Assembly (NCBI GenBank): GCA_028873075.1
Contig: JAGWND010000001.1
Location: 1-54,414 of the forward strand
Direction of reading: 5' to 3'
Length of the DNA stretch: 54,414 nucleotides
Source of the DNA: Bacteroidota bacterium
Lineage (GTDB): Bacteria; Bacteroidota; Ignavibacteria; UBA10030; UBA8401
Shown here one piece after another: positions 44,147 to 54,064 of this stretch (position 1 is the first letter of the stretch; the number at the start of each line of letters is the position of its first letter). The notes under the pieces are model-generated. The model was not told the DNA's origin, did no database searches, and saw only the letters and a list, made by a program, of their open reading frames with translations. A program made the position numbers and the translations under genes.

Positions 44147-45202
44147 ATGCATCAACTGCTTGATCAAGAGGTGCTGGGCAACACGCTCGCAAGCTATGTA
44201 TTTTTTCTCGGCTATTTCATTGCCTGCATTGTCGTTATTTTTGTTTTCCGTAAAGTCGTTCTCCACAAACTGAAAGCGTGGGCTGAGCGAACGGAAACAA
44301 CGCTCGACGATTTCCTTATCCATTCCGTCGAACGGTTTCTCGTTCCGGCGCTCTACTTCGGCGCGCTGTACGCCAGCGTGCAAACGCTGAACCTTCACCG
44401 CACATTGTCGCGCATTCTTGATACTGCGGGAATCATTATCATCACGATTCTTGCAATCCGTTCTACCACAGCCGTAATTGAATATTCGTTTCAGGAACAC
44501 TGGCTGAAGAAAAGCGAAAACGAGACGCGGCACCGCAGCCTTCGCGGGTTGATGCCGGCAATCAATGTCTTGGTGTGGGGGCTCGGGATTGTTTTTCTTC
44601 TTGATAATTTAGGCGTTCGTGTTTCCGCCGTTGTTGCCGGGCTTGGTATCGGCGGCGTAGCGGTGGCGTTAGCGGCGCAGGCAGTACTGAAAGACCTGTT
44701 CAGCTATTTCGCCATTCTGCTCGACCGCCCCTTTGAAGTTGACGATTTCATTATCATTGATGAGTACATGGGAAGTATCGAGCATGTCGGGATCAAAACC
44801 ACGCGCATCCGAAGTCTCAGCGGCGAACAATTGATCGTTTCCAACGCCGACCTGACAAGCTCGCGGCTGCGGAATTACAAAAGAATGGAGAAGCGGCGCG
44901 TTGTATTCCAGTTTGGAATTCTCTACGAAACGCCTCAAGAAACTGTCGAGCACATTCCCGGCATCGTTGAGCGCATCATCCGCGCGGTTGATCAAACCGC
45001 GTTCGACCGCGCACACTTTGCAAAGTTTGGCGACTCAGCATTGATCTTTGAAGTTGTCTATTATGTCCTCTCCAGCGATTACAATTTATACATGGACATC
45101 CAACAGAAAATCAACTTTGCATTGATGAAAGAACTTCGCGGGCACAACGTTTCCTTCGCGTATCCCACGCAAACGTTGTATCTTACAAAATCAGGGGACT
45201 GA
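44147..45202 (+). CDS. MscS-family mechanosensitive ion channel
   Basis: 351 aa with N-terminal TMs, the pore helix GIGGVAVALAAQ, and a beta-domain (VGIKTTRIRSLSGEQLIVSN). Confidence 0.9.
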   Translation: MHQLLDQEVLGNTLASYVFFLGYFIACIVVIFVFRKVVLHKLKAWAERTETTLDDFLIHSVERFLVPALYFGALYASVQTLNLHRTLSRILDTAGIIIITILAIRSTTAVIEYSFQEHWLKKSENETRHRSLRGLMPAINVLVWGLGIVFLLDNLGVRVSAVVAGLGIGGVAVALAAQAVLKDLFSYFAILLDRPFEVDDFIIIDEYMGSIEHVGIKTTRIRSLSGEQLIVSNADLTSSRLRNYKRMEKRRVVFQFGILYETPQETVEHIPGIVERIIRAVDQTAFDRAHFAKFGDSALIFEVVYYVLSSDYNLYMDIQQKINFALMKELRGHNVSFAYPTQTLYLTKSGD

Positions 45203-45356
45203 GAAATAATCATTCAGTCGTGAGTTTGTAGAACACACTTCGGCATCCGATATTCAACATCCACGGTGAAGAATGAATGCCGGATAAAGTATTTCTGAAT
45301 GACGACTTTTCTGCCGCTCACGGACAACTTTGTGTTACGAAAGGAGGGATGTCATC

Positions 45357-47555
45357 ATGGCATTGCATCAAAAGCCGAACAGAATCGTGCTTGTGTCAAA
45401 CCGCCTCCCCATCACGATCAGGAAGACCGACACGGGGCTGGAATTTCGCTCGAGCGTCGGGGGGCTCGCAACCGGCTTGCAGTCCGTGCAAGGTGATCAA
45501 GAGATTCTCTGGATCGGCTGGCCCGGAACAGTTGCAAAAGAGGACCGGAAGGAAGCGGAAGCGACGCTGATACAGCAGCACAACTATACGCCGGTTTTTA
45601 TGAGCGAGCGGCTTGTGGAGAAATTTTATGAAGGGTTCTGCAATCGTACAGTGTGGCCCCTCCTTCATTCGTTTCCGATGTACACAAAATATTCTGCTGC
45701 GGAATGGGAAGCGTACAATGAAGCCAACATGTTGTTTGCGGAAAGGATCCTCAAAACGGCGCGCCACGACGATATCATCTGGATCCACGATTACCATTTG
45801 ATGCTTCTGCCGAAACTGCTGCGCGATCATTTTCCGCGGGCGAGCATCGGATTTTTTCTCCACATTCCGTTTCCGCAGTACGACATTCTCCGGCTTCTTC
45901 CGCAAAGCAAAGAAATTGTCGAGAGCCTTCTCTCGGCTGATCTCATCGGATTTCACACACACGATTACGCGCAGGCATTCCTCGGCAGTGTGCGGAGAAT
46001 TCTCGGCTACGACAACGCGCTGGGACAGATCATGCGGGGCGACCGCGTTGTGCAGGTGGATGTGTTCCCGATGGGAATTGATTTCGACCGTTACTCGCAC
46101 GCCGCACAGGATGCGGCGGCACTGCAGGAAGTCGAAAAAATTCACCAGCGCATTGGAAAAAGAAAAATTGTCTTTCTTGTCTCGCGCCTCGACTACACGA
46201 AAGGGATTCCACAAAGCCTCGATGCAATCGAAGAGTTCTTTGAACGCTATCCCCAGTGGCGTGAAAACGTGACCTTCATTCTTGTTGTTGTTCCGTCGCG
46301 CGAGCGGGTTGAGCGCTATGCCTCGCTGAAGCGTCAGATTGACGAACAAGTCGGCAGCATTATCAGCGCGTACGCGACGCTCGACTGGGCCCCGATCCGC
46401 TACATTTACAGGAACCTCGACTTCCCGCTCTTGGTTGCATTATATGAAGCTTCGGATGTCGCACTCATTATTCCTTTGCGCGACGGCATGAATCTTATTG
46501 CAAAGGAATATCTTGCCGTGCAAAACGATTGTGAGGGCGTGCTTATTCTAAGCGAGCTTGCAGGCGCAGCAAAAGAGCTTTTGGAATCGGTCATAGTAAA
46601 TCCGAATAATACGGAAGATGTCGCGGCGGCAATTGACCGCGCGCTGACGATGCCCGTTGACGAACAGCGCCGCCGGAATGAAATTATGCGCCGCCGTCTT
46701 CAAAGCTACGGACTGGAACAGTGGGTGCACGCATTCCTCCGCCGGCTCACTGATGTTGTCACCCAGTCACAATCACTGTCGGTCAAAATTCTCAACGCAA
46801 CAACAAAAAAAGAATTGCTGAAAGAATACGCCAAAGCCGAACGACGGCTTCTCATTCTCGATTACGACGGAACACTTGTGCCGTTTGCCAATGAACCGGG
46901 CGCCGCGAAACCCGACAAAGAGCTGTTCCAGATTTTGAAGGCACTTTCCGATTCCTCAAAAAATTCCGTTGCAATTCTCAGCGGGCGCGACCGGCATTCG
47001 CTCACTGCGTGGTTTGGTTCGATGAACATGGTGCTTGCAGCGGAACACGGCGGCTGGATAAAACACAGCGGCAGTTCCGACTGGCATTCCACTATCGCAG
47101 GTTCGCAGGATGTGTGGAAAGAACAAGTGCGCCCGATCCTTCAGCTGTATGTTGACCGAATTCCCGGCTCGTTTATCGAGGAAAAAGATTTCGCGCTCGT
47201 GTGGCACTACCGGCAGGCAGATGTTGAATCCGGGTCTGTCGCTGCGAAAGAATTGCTCGATACGGTCTCGAATCTTGCCGCGAATTTCGGCATTCATGTT
47301 CTGCCGGGAAGCAAAACTGTTGAGGTGCGGAACGTCAGCATCGGCAAAGGAATTTTTTTCAACCAACAATTTGCAAAGGAAAATTTCCCATTCATGCTCG
47401 TCATCGGCGATGATTGGACGGATGAAGATTTGTTCGGCGTGCTGCCGCAGTCGGCATATTCCATCAGAGTCGGCAAGAGCGTGTCGAAAGCGCGCTTCAA
47501 TGTCGAAACAATTGCCGATGTGCGAGCGCTGCTGGGTGAGCTTGAAAAGAAATAG
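45357..47555 (+). CDS. otsAB: bifunctional trehalose-6-phosphate synthase / trehalose-phosphatase (OtsA-OtsB fusion)
   Basis: About 732 aa from ATG 45357 with an AAGGAGGG Shine-Dalgarno. The GT20 domain has VSNRLP, IWIHDYHL and LRDGMNL. The C-terminal HAD domain has LILDYDGTL and GDDWTDEDLF. Confidence 0.9.
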   Translation: MALHQKPNRIVLVSNRLPITIRKTDTGLEFRSSVGGLATGLQSVQGDQEILWIGWPGTVAKEDRKEAEATLIQQHNYTPVFMSERLVEKFYEGFCNRTVWPLLHSFPMYTKYSAAEWEAYNEANMLFAERILKTARHDDIIWIHDYHLMLLPKLLRDHFPRASIGFFLHIPFPQYDILRLLPQSKEIVESLLSADLIGFHTHDYAQAFLGSVRRILGYDNALGQIMRGDRVVQVDVFPMGIDFDRYSHAAQDAAALQEVEKIHQRIGKRKIVFLVSRLDYTKGIPQSLDAIEEFFERYPQWRENVTFILVVVPSRERVERYASLKRQIDEQVGSIISAYATLDWAPIRYIYRNLDFPLLVALYEASDVALIIPLRDGMNLIAKEYLAVQNDCEGVLILSELAGAAKELLESVIVNPNNTEDVAAAIDRALTMPVDEQRRRNEIMRRRLQSYGLEQWVHAFLRRLTDVVTQSQSLSVKILNATTKKELLKEYAKAERRLLILDYDGTLVPFANEPGAAKPDKELFQILKALSDSSKNSVAILSGRDRHSLTAWFGSMNMVLAAEHGGWIKHSGSSDWHSTIAGSQDVWKEQVRPILQLYVDRIPGSFIEEKDFALVWHYRQADVESGSVAAKELLDTVSNLAANFGIHVLPGSKTVEVRNVSIGKGIFFNQQFAKENFPFMLVIGDDWTDEDLFGVLPQSAYSIRVGKSVSKARFNVETIADVRALLGELEKK

Positions 47556-47574
47556 AGAGGAAACTTAGAGGCTC

Positions 47575-47695
47575 GAGATTCGAGAGCTAAGATTCACGAT
47601 TCAGGTTTCATAACTCAAGCGTTTTGAACAATAGCCTTGAATCACGAATCTTGAAACCTGAATCCAAACCACAAAACTAGAAACTCAAACCACGA
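47575..47695. repeat. heptad-periodic inverted-repeat element E5
   Basis: TCGAGAT TCGAGAG CTAAGAT TCACGAT TCAGGTT TCATAAC ... CCTTGAA TCACGAA TCTTGAA ACCTGAA TCCAAAC CACAAAA CTAGAAA CTCAAAC CACGA. A 13-bp perfect stem pairs 47598-47610 with 47652-47664. AAACTCAAACCACGA (47681-95) is the reverse complement of the E1 core. Confidence 0.8.
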
Positions 47696-47699
47696 CTGT

Positions 47700-48908
47700 A
47701 TGCTCACCCTCAACGACTATCGCCCGATTGTCGGCGACAAAATTATTTCTGAAATTTACCGGCTCGCGCGCGATCTTTACGGCGCGAAGGTGCTTCACAT
47801 CAACTCCACCTATTACGGCGGCGGCGTTGCCGAAATGCTCTACACGCTCGTGCCGCTGTTGAACGACGCCGGCATCAATGCAGACTGGAGAATTCTCCGC
47901 GGCTCCGAAGATTTCTTCATGATCACGAAAAAATTCCACAACGCTCTGCAGGGAGACCACATCAACCTCAGCGAAATGAAAAAAGATATCTACGTGAGAA
48001 CAAATGAAGATTTCTCGACGTACTGCGAGGTTGACCACGACGCTGTCATCGTTCATGATCCGCAGCCGCTGCCGCTGATTCGTTTCTATAAAAAACGCCA
48101 GCCATGGATCTGGCGCTGCCATGTTGACCTTTCGCATCCGAATCAGGAACTGTGGCATTTCCTTACCGATTTTATTCTGCGATACGATGCAGTGATCGTT
48201 TCGGCAGAGTATTACCGGAAAGACGATCTTCCTGTAGAACAAAAAGTGGTCGCACCGGTTATTGATCCGCTGACAGCAAAGAACAAAATGCTGCCGCACA
48301 CTCTTATTCACAAGATGTTGAAAAAGAACGACATCCCGACCGACAAACCGCTGATCACACAAATTTCCCGCTTTGATAAATGGAAAGACCCCGTTGGCGT
48401 TGTTGAAGCGTTTAAGCTGGTGCGGCGCAAAACCGACTGCCGCCTCGTATTGTGCGGCAGTATGGCACCGGACGATCCTGAAGGATGGGATATTTATGAC
48501 AGCGTGAAATCAAAAGCGAAAACACTGATCGAGAGCGGCGACGTAATTTTGAACACGACGGAACATAACGTTCTCGTCAATGCGCTCCAGCGAAGTTCCG
48601 CAGTCATTATTCAGAACTCGACGCGCGAAGGTTTCGGGTTGACGGTGACTGAAGCATTGTGGAAAGGAAAACCGGTCGTGGCGACAAATGTCGGCGGCAT
48701 TCCGCTACAGATTGTTGACGGCGAGTCGGGATTTCTTGTTGAACCGGAGAACAGCGAGCAGTTGGCGCAGCGTACGCTGGAAATCCTCCAGCACCCGGAA
48801 ATGGGCAAACATTTGGGCGAGCGTGGGCGCGAAGATGTGCGCCAGAAATTTCTTATCACACGAATGGTGTACGACGATTTGAAGTTATTGAGAGAGTTAA
48901 TCGGATAA
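47700..48908 (+). CDS. treT: trehalose glycosyltransferring synthase (TreT-like GT4 glycosyltransferase)
   Basis: 402 aa. HINSTYYGGGVAEML, FHNALQG, WIWRCHVDLS, ITQISRFDKWKDP and REGFGLTVTEALWKGKPVV match my recollection of archaeal TreT. Confidence 0.8.
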   Translation: MLTLNDYRPIVGDKIISEIYRLARDLYGAKVLHINSTYYGGGVAEMLYTLVPLLNDAGINADWRILRGSEDFFMITKKFHNALQGDHINLSEMKKDIYVRTNEDFSTYCEVDHDAVIVHDPQPLPLIRFYKKRQPWIWRCHVDLSHPNQELWHFLTDFILRYDAVIVSAEYYRKDDLPVEQKVVAPVIDPLTAKNKMLPHTLIHKMLKKNDIPTDKPLITQISRFDKWKDPVGVVEAFKLVRRKTDCRLVLCGSMAPDDPEGWDIYDSVKSKAKTLIESGDVILNTTEHNVLVNALQRSSAVIIQNSTREGFGLTVTEALWKGKPVVATNVGGIPLQIVDGESGFLVEPENSEQLAQRTLEILQHPEMGKHLGERGREDVRQKFLITRMVYDDLKLLRELIG

Positions 48909-48923
48909 CGGCAAGACTCAACG

Positions 48924-49910
48924 TTAGCGATTCACGCCCTTCATTCCTCTTTCATTGTACCGCATTCCTGCCGTACTATCAGGAGGAAGAATTTCATTCA
49001 TGTGATCAAGATCGGTACGGCTTAGTTTAACTTCAAGTGCGCCAATATTTTCTTCGAGATACTTTCTCCGTTTCGTGCCGGGAATCGGAACAATGTCATT
49101 CCCCTGCGATATGACCCAGGCAAGCGCAAGCTGGGCGGCGGTGCAATGTTTCTCTTTTGCAAGTTTTTTTATCTTCTCGACGATCTCCAAATTCTTCGTG
49201 AAATTTTCTCCCTGAAACCGCGGATGCGCGTGCCGGAAATCGTCCGGAGAAAGACTTTCCTGCGATGTAAATCTGCCGGTAAGAAATCCCCGCCCTAACG
49301 GGCTATACGCAACAAATCCGACGCCGAGGTCACGGCATACTGAAAGGATCTCTGTTTCTACGTCGCGAGTCCAGAGCGAATATTCTGTTTGCAGCGCAGT
49401 GATTTGATGAACAGCGCAAGCACGGCGAAGAGTTTTCGCCGAAGCTTCCGACAAACCGAGATGACGCACTTTTCCTTCTTTGACAAGCAACGCCATCGCG
49501 CCGACAGTTTCTTCAATCGGCACTTCCAGGTCAACGCGGTGCTGGTAGTAAAGATCAATAACATCGATGTCGAGCCGGTGCAGGCTTGCTTCGCATGCGT
49601 AACGAACATACTCCGGACGCCCGTTCACGCCGAGAAAGCTGCCGTCCTTTCCGCGGACATTTCCGAATTTTGTTGCAATAACAACTTCGTCTCGATGTTC
49701 TTTCAACGCTTTCCCGACAAGCTCTTCGTTTTTTCCGACGCCGTACATATCGGCAGTGTCGAAAAAATTGATGCCAAGGTCGAGCGCGCGGTGAATTGTT
49801 GCCATTGATTCGGCGTCATCGCGTCCGGCATAAAAATCGGACATGCCCATACAGCCAAGCCCGAGCGCAGAAACTCTCAATCCGCTTTTTCCGAGTTCAC
49901 GATAGTTCAT
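48924..49910 (-). CDS. aldo/keto reductase
   Basis: 328 aa with [15 protein letters not shown] and IPGTKR motifs. Confidence 0.9.
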   Translation of the reverse strand: MNYRELGKSGLRVSALGLGCMGMSDFYAGRDDAESMATIHRALDLGINFFDTADMYGVGKNEELVGKALKEHRDEVVIATKFGNVRGKDGSFLGVNGRPEYVRYACEASLHRLDIDVIDLYYQHRVDLEVPIEETVGAMALLVKEGKVRHLGLSEASAKTLRRACAVHQITALQTEYSLWTRDVETEILSVCRDLGVGFVAYSPLGRGFLTGRFTSQESLSPDDFRHAHPRFQGENFTKNLEIVEKIKKLAKEKHCTAAQLALAWVISQGNDIVPIPGTKRRKYLEENIGALEVKLSRTDLDHMNEILPPDSTAGMRYNERGMKGVNR

Positions 49911-49926
49911 AGATATAGATTCTCTT

Positions 49927-50198
49927 TCAGCAATGTGTTTTCAAAAAATGCAGTACAACCCGCCATGCTTGTTCGGCGGATTCTTTATGATATGTTGAGC
50001 GTGCATCGTTAAAAAATCCATGTGCCGCTTCAGAAAGTTCGATGTTTGTGTACGGTTTCTGAGCAGATATGTGTGTTCACACCGAACGCTTCCTGATACA
50101 CAATGATGTCGGGATTTTTTCCCGCTGAATCCGGTCGCACAACATACGCACGCATTTCCGTACCGTCAGCAACCTTAAGCGTTACATAATTATTCATC
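49927..50198 (-). pseudogene. dienelactone hydrolase relic (N- and C-terminal pieces only, frames differ)
   Basis: MNNYVTLKVADGTEMRAYVVRPDSAGKNPDIIVYQEAFGVNTHI is followed, one frame over, by [38 protein letters not shown]. The roughly 150 central codons of the family are missing. Confidence 0.6.
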
Positions 50199-50235
50199 TC
50201 TCACCTTTTGAAGAAGAAAAGTACCGCGTTATGTT

Positions 50236-50985
50236 CTATGCGGCAACGTTCGGATACAACGCCGCGCCGATTGATGCAAGCACAATTGTTCCGAGCAGGA
50301 ACGTTGCAAAATCGAAAAAAACCCCGAACACACTTGTTCCTCCAAGAAGCATCAGCGCGCGCAACGCATCAACTTCATACGTCAGCGGATTAATGTGTGC
50401 AATCGCTTTCAGCCATCCCGGCATCATCGCAATCGGATAAATTGCGTTGCTGGCAAAAAACAACGGCATCGTCATCACTTGACCGATTCCCATAAATCGC
50501 TCACGCGTTTTCACAATGCACGCAATGATAAGCGAGAATGTGGAGAAGAGCGCAGACCCCAGAAATACAAAAAGAAGAATGCCGAGCAATGCAATCGGAT
50601 TCCAATTAATATGTACGCCGAGAACAAGTGAAAGCCCGTAGATGATGACCGTCTGCGATGCTCCGCGCACGCCGGCAGATAATGCTTTTCCCAACACAAG
50701 CGCCATTCGCGGCGTCGGGCTGACAAGAAATTTGTGGATGATGCCGAGGTCACGTTCCCAAATGATTGCAATACCGTAAAAGATGGCAACGAAGAGCACG
50801 CTCTGGGCAAGAATTCCGGGAGCCATGAAATCAAGATACCCGACATTGCCGGTTGGAATTACCCGGATGCGCGAAAAGACTTCGCCAAAAATTAGCATCC
50901 ATAACGCGGGCTGAAGTGCGCGCGTAAAAAGCTCCGTCGGGTCGTGGCGAAGTTTTCGCACTTCGAGCTCTGCGATAACGAACAT
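50236..50985 (-). CDS. ABC-2 type transporter permease
   Basis: 249 aa from ATG 50985, 6 TM. No ATG/GTG/TTG lies between the ATPase stop and this ATG in frame. Confidence 0.8.
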   Translation of the reverse strand: MFVIAELEVRKLRHDPTELFTRALQPALWMLIFGEVFSRIRVIPTGNVGYLDFMAPGILAQSVLFVAIFYGIAIIWERDLGIIHKFLVSPTPRMALVLGKALSAGVRGASQTVIIYGLSLVLGVHINWNPIALLGILLFVFLGSALFSTFSLIIACIVKTRERFMGIGQVMTMPLFFASNAIYPIAMMPGWLKAIAHINPLTYEVDALRALMLLGGTSVFGVFFDFATFLLGTIVLASIGAALYPNVAA

Positions 50986-51070
50986 TTTGTAGAAAAATTG
51001 TCTGATCGTGCGTGCACCGCCTGCTGACGAGTGCGGAATGCTCGCCCCGTTGAAGCTCCGGCGAAGCGGG

Positions 51071-51871
51071 TTAGCTGAGCCTGCGGGCTGTACGGCGTAC
51101 TCTTGACGCTTCACGATATCCTCCTTCGGATTCGAGTGTGCCTCCGGAATAAAAAGCAAAAACATCGTCAAGGGTGCTACCGTTGCCGCCGACAGATTTT
51201 TTCAGCTCGGCGGGAGAACCATTGGCGACTAATTTCCCCCGATACATAATTGCAATTCGCGTGCAGAGACTTTCTGCTTCTTCCATGTAATGTGTTGTGA
51301 GAATAATTGTTGTTCCGTTGCGGGCAAGCGCTTCAACCTGCTTCCACACCGATTGACGCGCGACCGGATCGAGCCCTACCGTCGGCTCATCGAGAAAAAG
51401 AACCGGCGGATTATGCAGCACCGCCTGTGCAATTTCGAGCCGGCGGATCATTCCGCCGGAATATGTGCGCACAAGCTTATCTTTCGCATCCGAAAGCCCC
51501 ATAAATTCAATAGCGTTATGAATACGATCTTCGCGCTCGCCTGCGGGAAGATCGTAAAGCTTTGTAAACAGAAGAAGGTTTTCGTGACCGGTTAAACTCC
51601 CATCGGCAGAAAGCAGTTGCGGCACGTAACCGATAGTACGGCGCACGTTTGCCGGATGATGCACAACATCCCACCCCGCAACAATCGCCGTTCCGCTTGT
51701 TGGCGACAGCAATGTCGTCAACATTTTGATCGTTGTCGTTTTCCCTGCTCCATTCGGGCCTATCAATCCGAACACATCGCCGCGGCGAACAACAAAGCTT
51801 ATTTCATCTACTGCAGTAAGCGATCCGAAGCGCCGTGAAAGGCGCTTCGTTTCAAGAATAGTTTCCTTCAT
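51071..51871 (-). CDS. ABC transporter ATP-binding protein (DrrA-like)
   Basis: 266 aa with Walker A GPNGAGKTT, the signature YSGGMIRRL and Walker B VLFLDEP. Confidence 0.9.
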   Translation of the reverse strand: MKETILETKRLSRRFGSLTAVDEISFVVRRGDVFGLIGPNGAGKTTTIKMLTTLLSPTSGTAIVAGWDVVHHPANVRRTIGYVPQLLSADGSLTGHENLLLFTKLYDLPAGEREDRIHNAIEFMGLSDAKDKLVRTYSGGMIRRLEIAQAVLHNPPVLFLDEPTVGLDPVARQSVWKQVEALARNGTTIILTTHYMEEAESLCTRIAIMYRGKLVANGSPAELKKSVGGNGSTLDDVFAFYSGGTLESEGGYREASRVRRTARRLS

Positions 51872-51924
51872 TCAAAAATATATTCCTTAACTGTCTGATC
51901 GCGTACGGCAATCTGACAGCTTTT

Positions 51925-52590
51925 TTATTTTGTGCCGGCTGACGAACCGAATGTAATGTCTTGTGTTGTCGGCTTTTGTTTTTGCTCTTCGTTCAGCGTT
52001 CTGAAAACTACATCCCACAACGGAGAGCTGACACCGAAGTTAATATCCGAATCCATGTAATGATGACGGAAGTGATGCTTCTTCAAATACGTTCCCATCT
52101 TTCCTCTCATCGGAAAATGATGAATGGCATAGTGCATCATATCATACATCAAATACCCGGTAATGAATCCAGCAAAAAACGGGAAGACATACGTCCGACC
52201 AAAAATGTTTTTGAACAGAATAAAAAAGAATGCAGCGAGCGGGATGCTGATCGCCGGCGCCATCACGAGCCTCCGTGAATCATTGGGGTAATCGTGGTGC
52301 ACGCCATGCATAATAAAATGCAGCCGTTTTCCCCACAAACTTTCGGGCTGGAAATGAAAAATTTCCCGGTGCAAAAGATATTCGGTGAGCGTCCATACAA
52401 ATAAACCGGCAATCACCAACGACACTTGCATCGAAATGCCCATTCTGCCATACGCTGTGTGCAGAGAATATGCAACTACCGGAAGAAACAACACCAGCGG
52501 TGTTGCCGGATGCACGTGCGTAAACAATTCCATAAAACCGGACTGGAACATTCGTGCCGACTTGTCCTCGTTAGAAATGTAGTTCTTCAT
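51925..52590 (-). CDS. fatty acid hydroxylase superfamily protein (FA2H/Scs7-like)
   Basis: 221 aa with His boxes HREIFH, HGVHHDYPNDSRRLV, HYAIHH and HHFRHH. Confidence 0.8.
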   Translation of the reverse strand: MKNYISNEDKSARMFQSGFMELFTHVHPATPLVLFLPVVAYSLHTAYGRMGISMQVSLVIAGLFVWTLTEYLLHREIFHFQPESLWGKRLHFIMHGVHHDYPNDSRRLVMAPAISIPLAAFFFILFKNIFGRTYVFPFFAGFITGYLMYDMMHYAIHHFPMRGKMGTYLKKHHFRHHYMDSDINFGVSSPLWDVVFRTLNEEQKQKPTTQDITFGSSAGTK

Positions 52591-52687
52591 GGCTTCCTCC
52601 TCTTTTTCTGTTCAACATCGTTCGCCGCCCTTGCGTCGCGAACTTTTTTACGGTTCACTTCCTTTAGACACATACTACATTTTATAG

Positions 52688-53998
52688 TTAAAACAATACT
52701 GCGCCTGTTGCACGTTTCAATTCATACACACTCAGCACATAATTGTACAGCGACTGCACGTTGCCCAATTGTGCCGCAGATTCTGCCGTTTCTGCATCGA
52801 GCAAATCGAGATTGGTTACAGAACCTGTTTCGTAACGCTTGCGCGCGATGGAAACGGCTTCTTTCGCTTGCTCGATCTGCAAATTAGAAATTTGAAGCTT
52901 GTCGAGTGCCGCCCGAATGTCGCTGACTGCGCGCTCAACGTCGCTGCGAACCTGACGCTGCGTATCGTTTACATGAGCTTGTTCCGCAAGGATGTTCGCA
53001 TGTGCTTCTTCTTCCTGATGATCGGTGCGGCTTCCTTCATAGATCGGCACCTGCAATTGTACGCCGGCGACCCAATTGCCCCGCAGTACATCAAGATTCG
53101 GAATATAACCGTTCTTGACGCCGTACGCGAGATTTACTTGCAACGACGGCATTGCGCCGAACGACACTGCTTTGTACTGCAACTCAGCCGATTGCTCTGC
53201 ATCGCGTGCAAGCTTCAATTCTTCCCTTTGAGCAAACGCTTGCTGAACGAGCGAATCGGTATTTAGTGAAACCGGAGTCATAAGAAATTCTCCGCGTAAT
53301 TGCACCTCTTGTTCAGCCGGAACACCGAGCAATTGGTGCAAAGCAATCTGCTGTTGATGCAGTGTATTTTCCAGTTCAACTTTTTGATTTTGCGCCGCGG
53401 CAACCCGCACCTGAGTTGTCAACACGTCAAAACTTGTCGCCGTTCCTGATTCGACCTTTTTCTGAGTAGTCAGCAAATGCTGGCTCAGCGCATCAATTTG
53501 CTCGTCGGTCACGTGAATTGATTTTTCGAGGAAGAGAATTGCGTAGAATGTGCGGATAGTTTGGTACGCCAGGCTGCTCTTTGTCATTTCAACCGCATCG
53601 CGCGCCGATTGGACGCGTGATTGTGTCGCATTGACAGCGGCATTCGCTTTGCCGAAATCGTACACCGTATATCGTCCGCCGACATGCGCATCATAATTAT
53701 TTTCCGGATAGAGCTTAAAATCACCGAGCCCGGGAAAATATAATTGCGGCACAGGACCGATGCGCGTGTACAGCGCCTCCAATCCGGCGCTGGGCAATTT
53801 CGCAGTCTCCGCTTGAAGCACGCGTGCTTCCGAGGCATAGACATTCTGATTTGCCTGCACAACGGCTGGATGGTTTTGGATCACCCGTTGCACTGCCTGT
53901 TCAACCGTCAGCGTGTCTTGAGCGTACGCCGTTCCAAAGGGGTTTTCAATTTGCAGGAAAAATAAAAAAAGCACCAAGAGTATTTGTTGTTGTTTCAT
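52688..53998 (-). CDS. TolC-family outer membrane efflux protein
   Basis: 436 aa with a signal peptide and the two-repeat alpha/beta pattern typical of OEP/TolC. Confidence 0.9.
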   Translation of the reverse strand: MKQQQILLVLFLFFLQIENPFGTAYAQDTLTVEQAVQRVIQNHPAVVQANQNVYASEARVLQAETAKLPSAGLEALYTRIGPVPQLYFPGLGDFKLYPENNYDAHVGGRYTVYDFGKANAAVNATQSRVQSARDAVEMTKSSLAYQTIRTFYAILFLEKSIHVTDEQIDALSQHLLTTQKKVESGTATSFDVLTTQVRVAAAQNQKVELENTLHQQQIALHQLLGVPAEQEVQLRGEFLMTPVSLNTDSLVQQAFAQREELKLARDAEQSAELQYKAVSFGAMPSLQVNLAYGVKNGYIPNLDVLRGNWVAGVQLQVPIYEGSRTDHQEEEAHANILAEQAHVNDTQRQVRSDVERAVSDIRAALDKLQISNLQIEQAKEAVSIARKRYETGSVTNLDLLDAETAESAAQLGNVQSLYNYVLSVYELKRATGAVLF

Positions 53999-54064
53999 AG
54001 TTCTGTCAAAAAAATTCGATTCGTTTCTATTGAAGTTTGAGGCAATGGGCCTCTGATATTTTTT

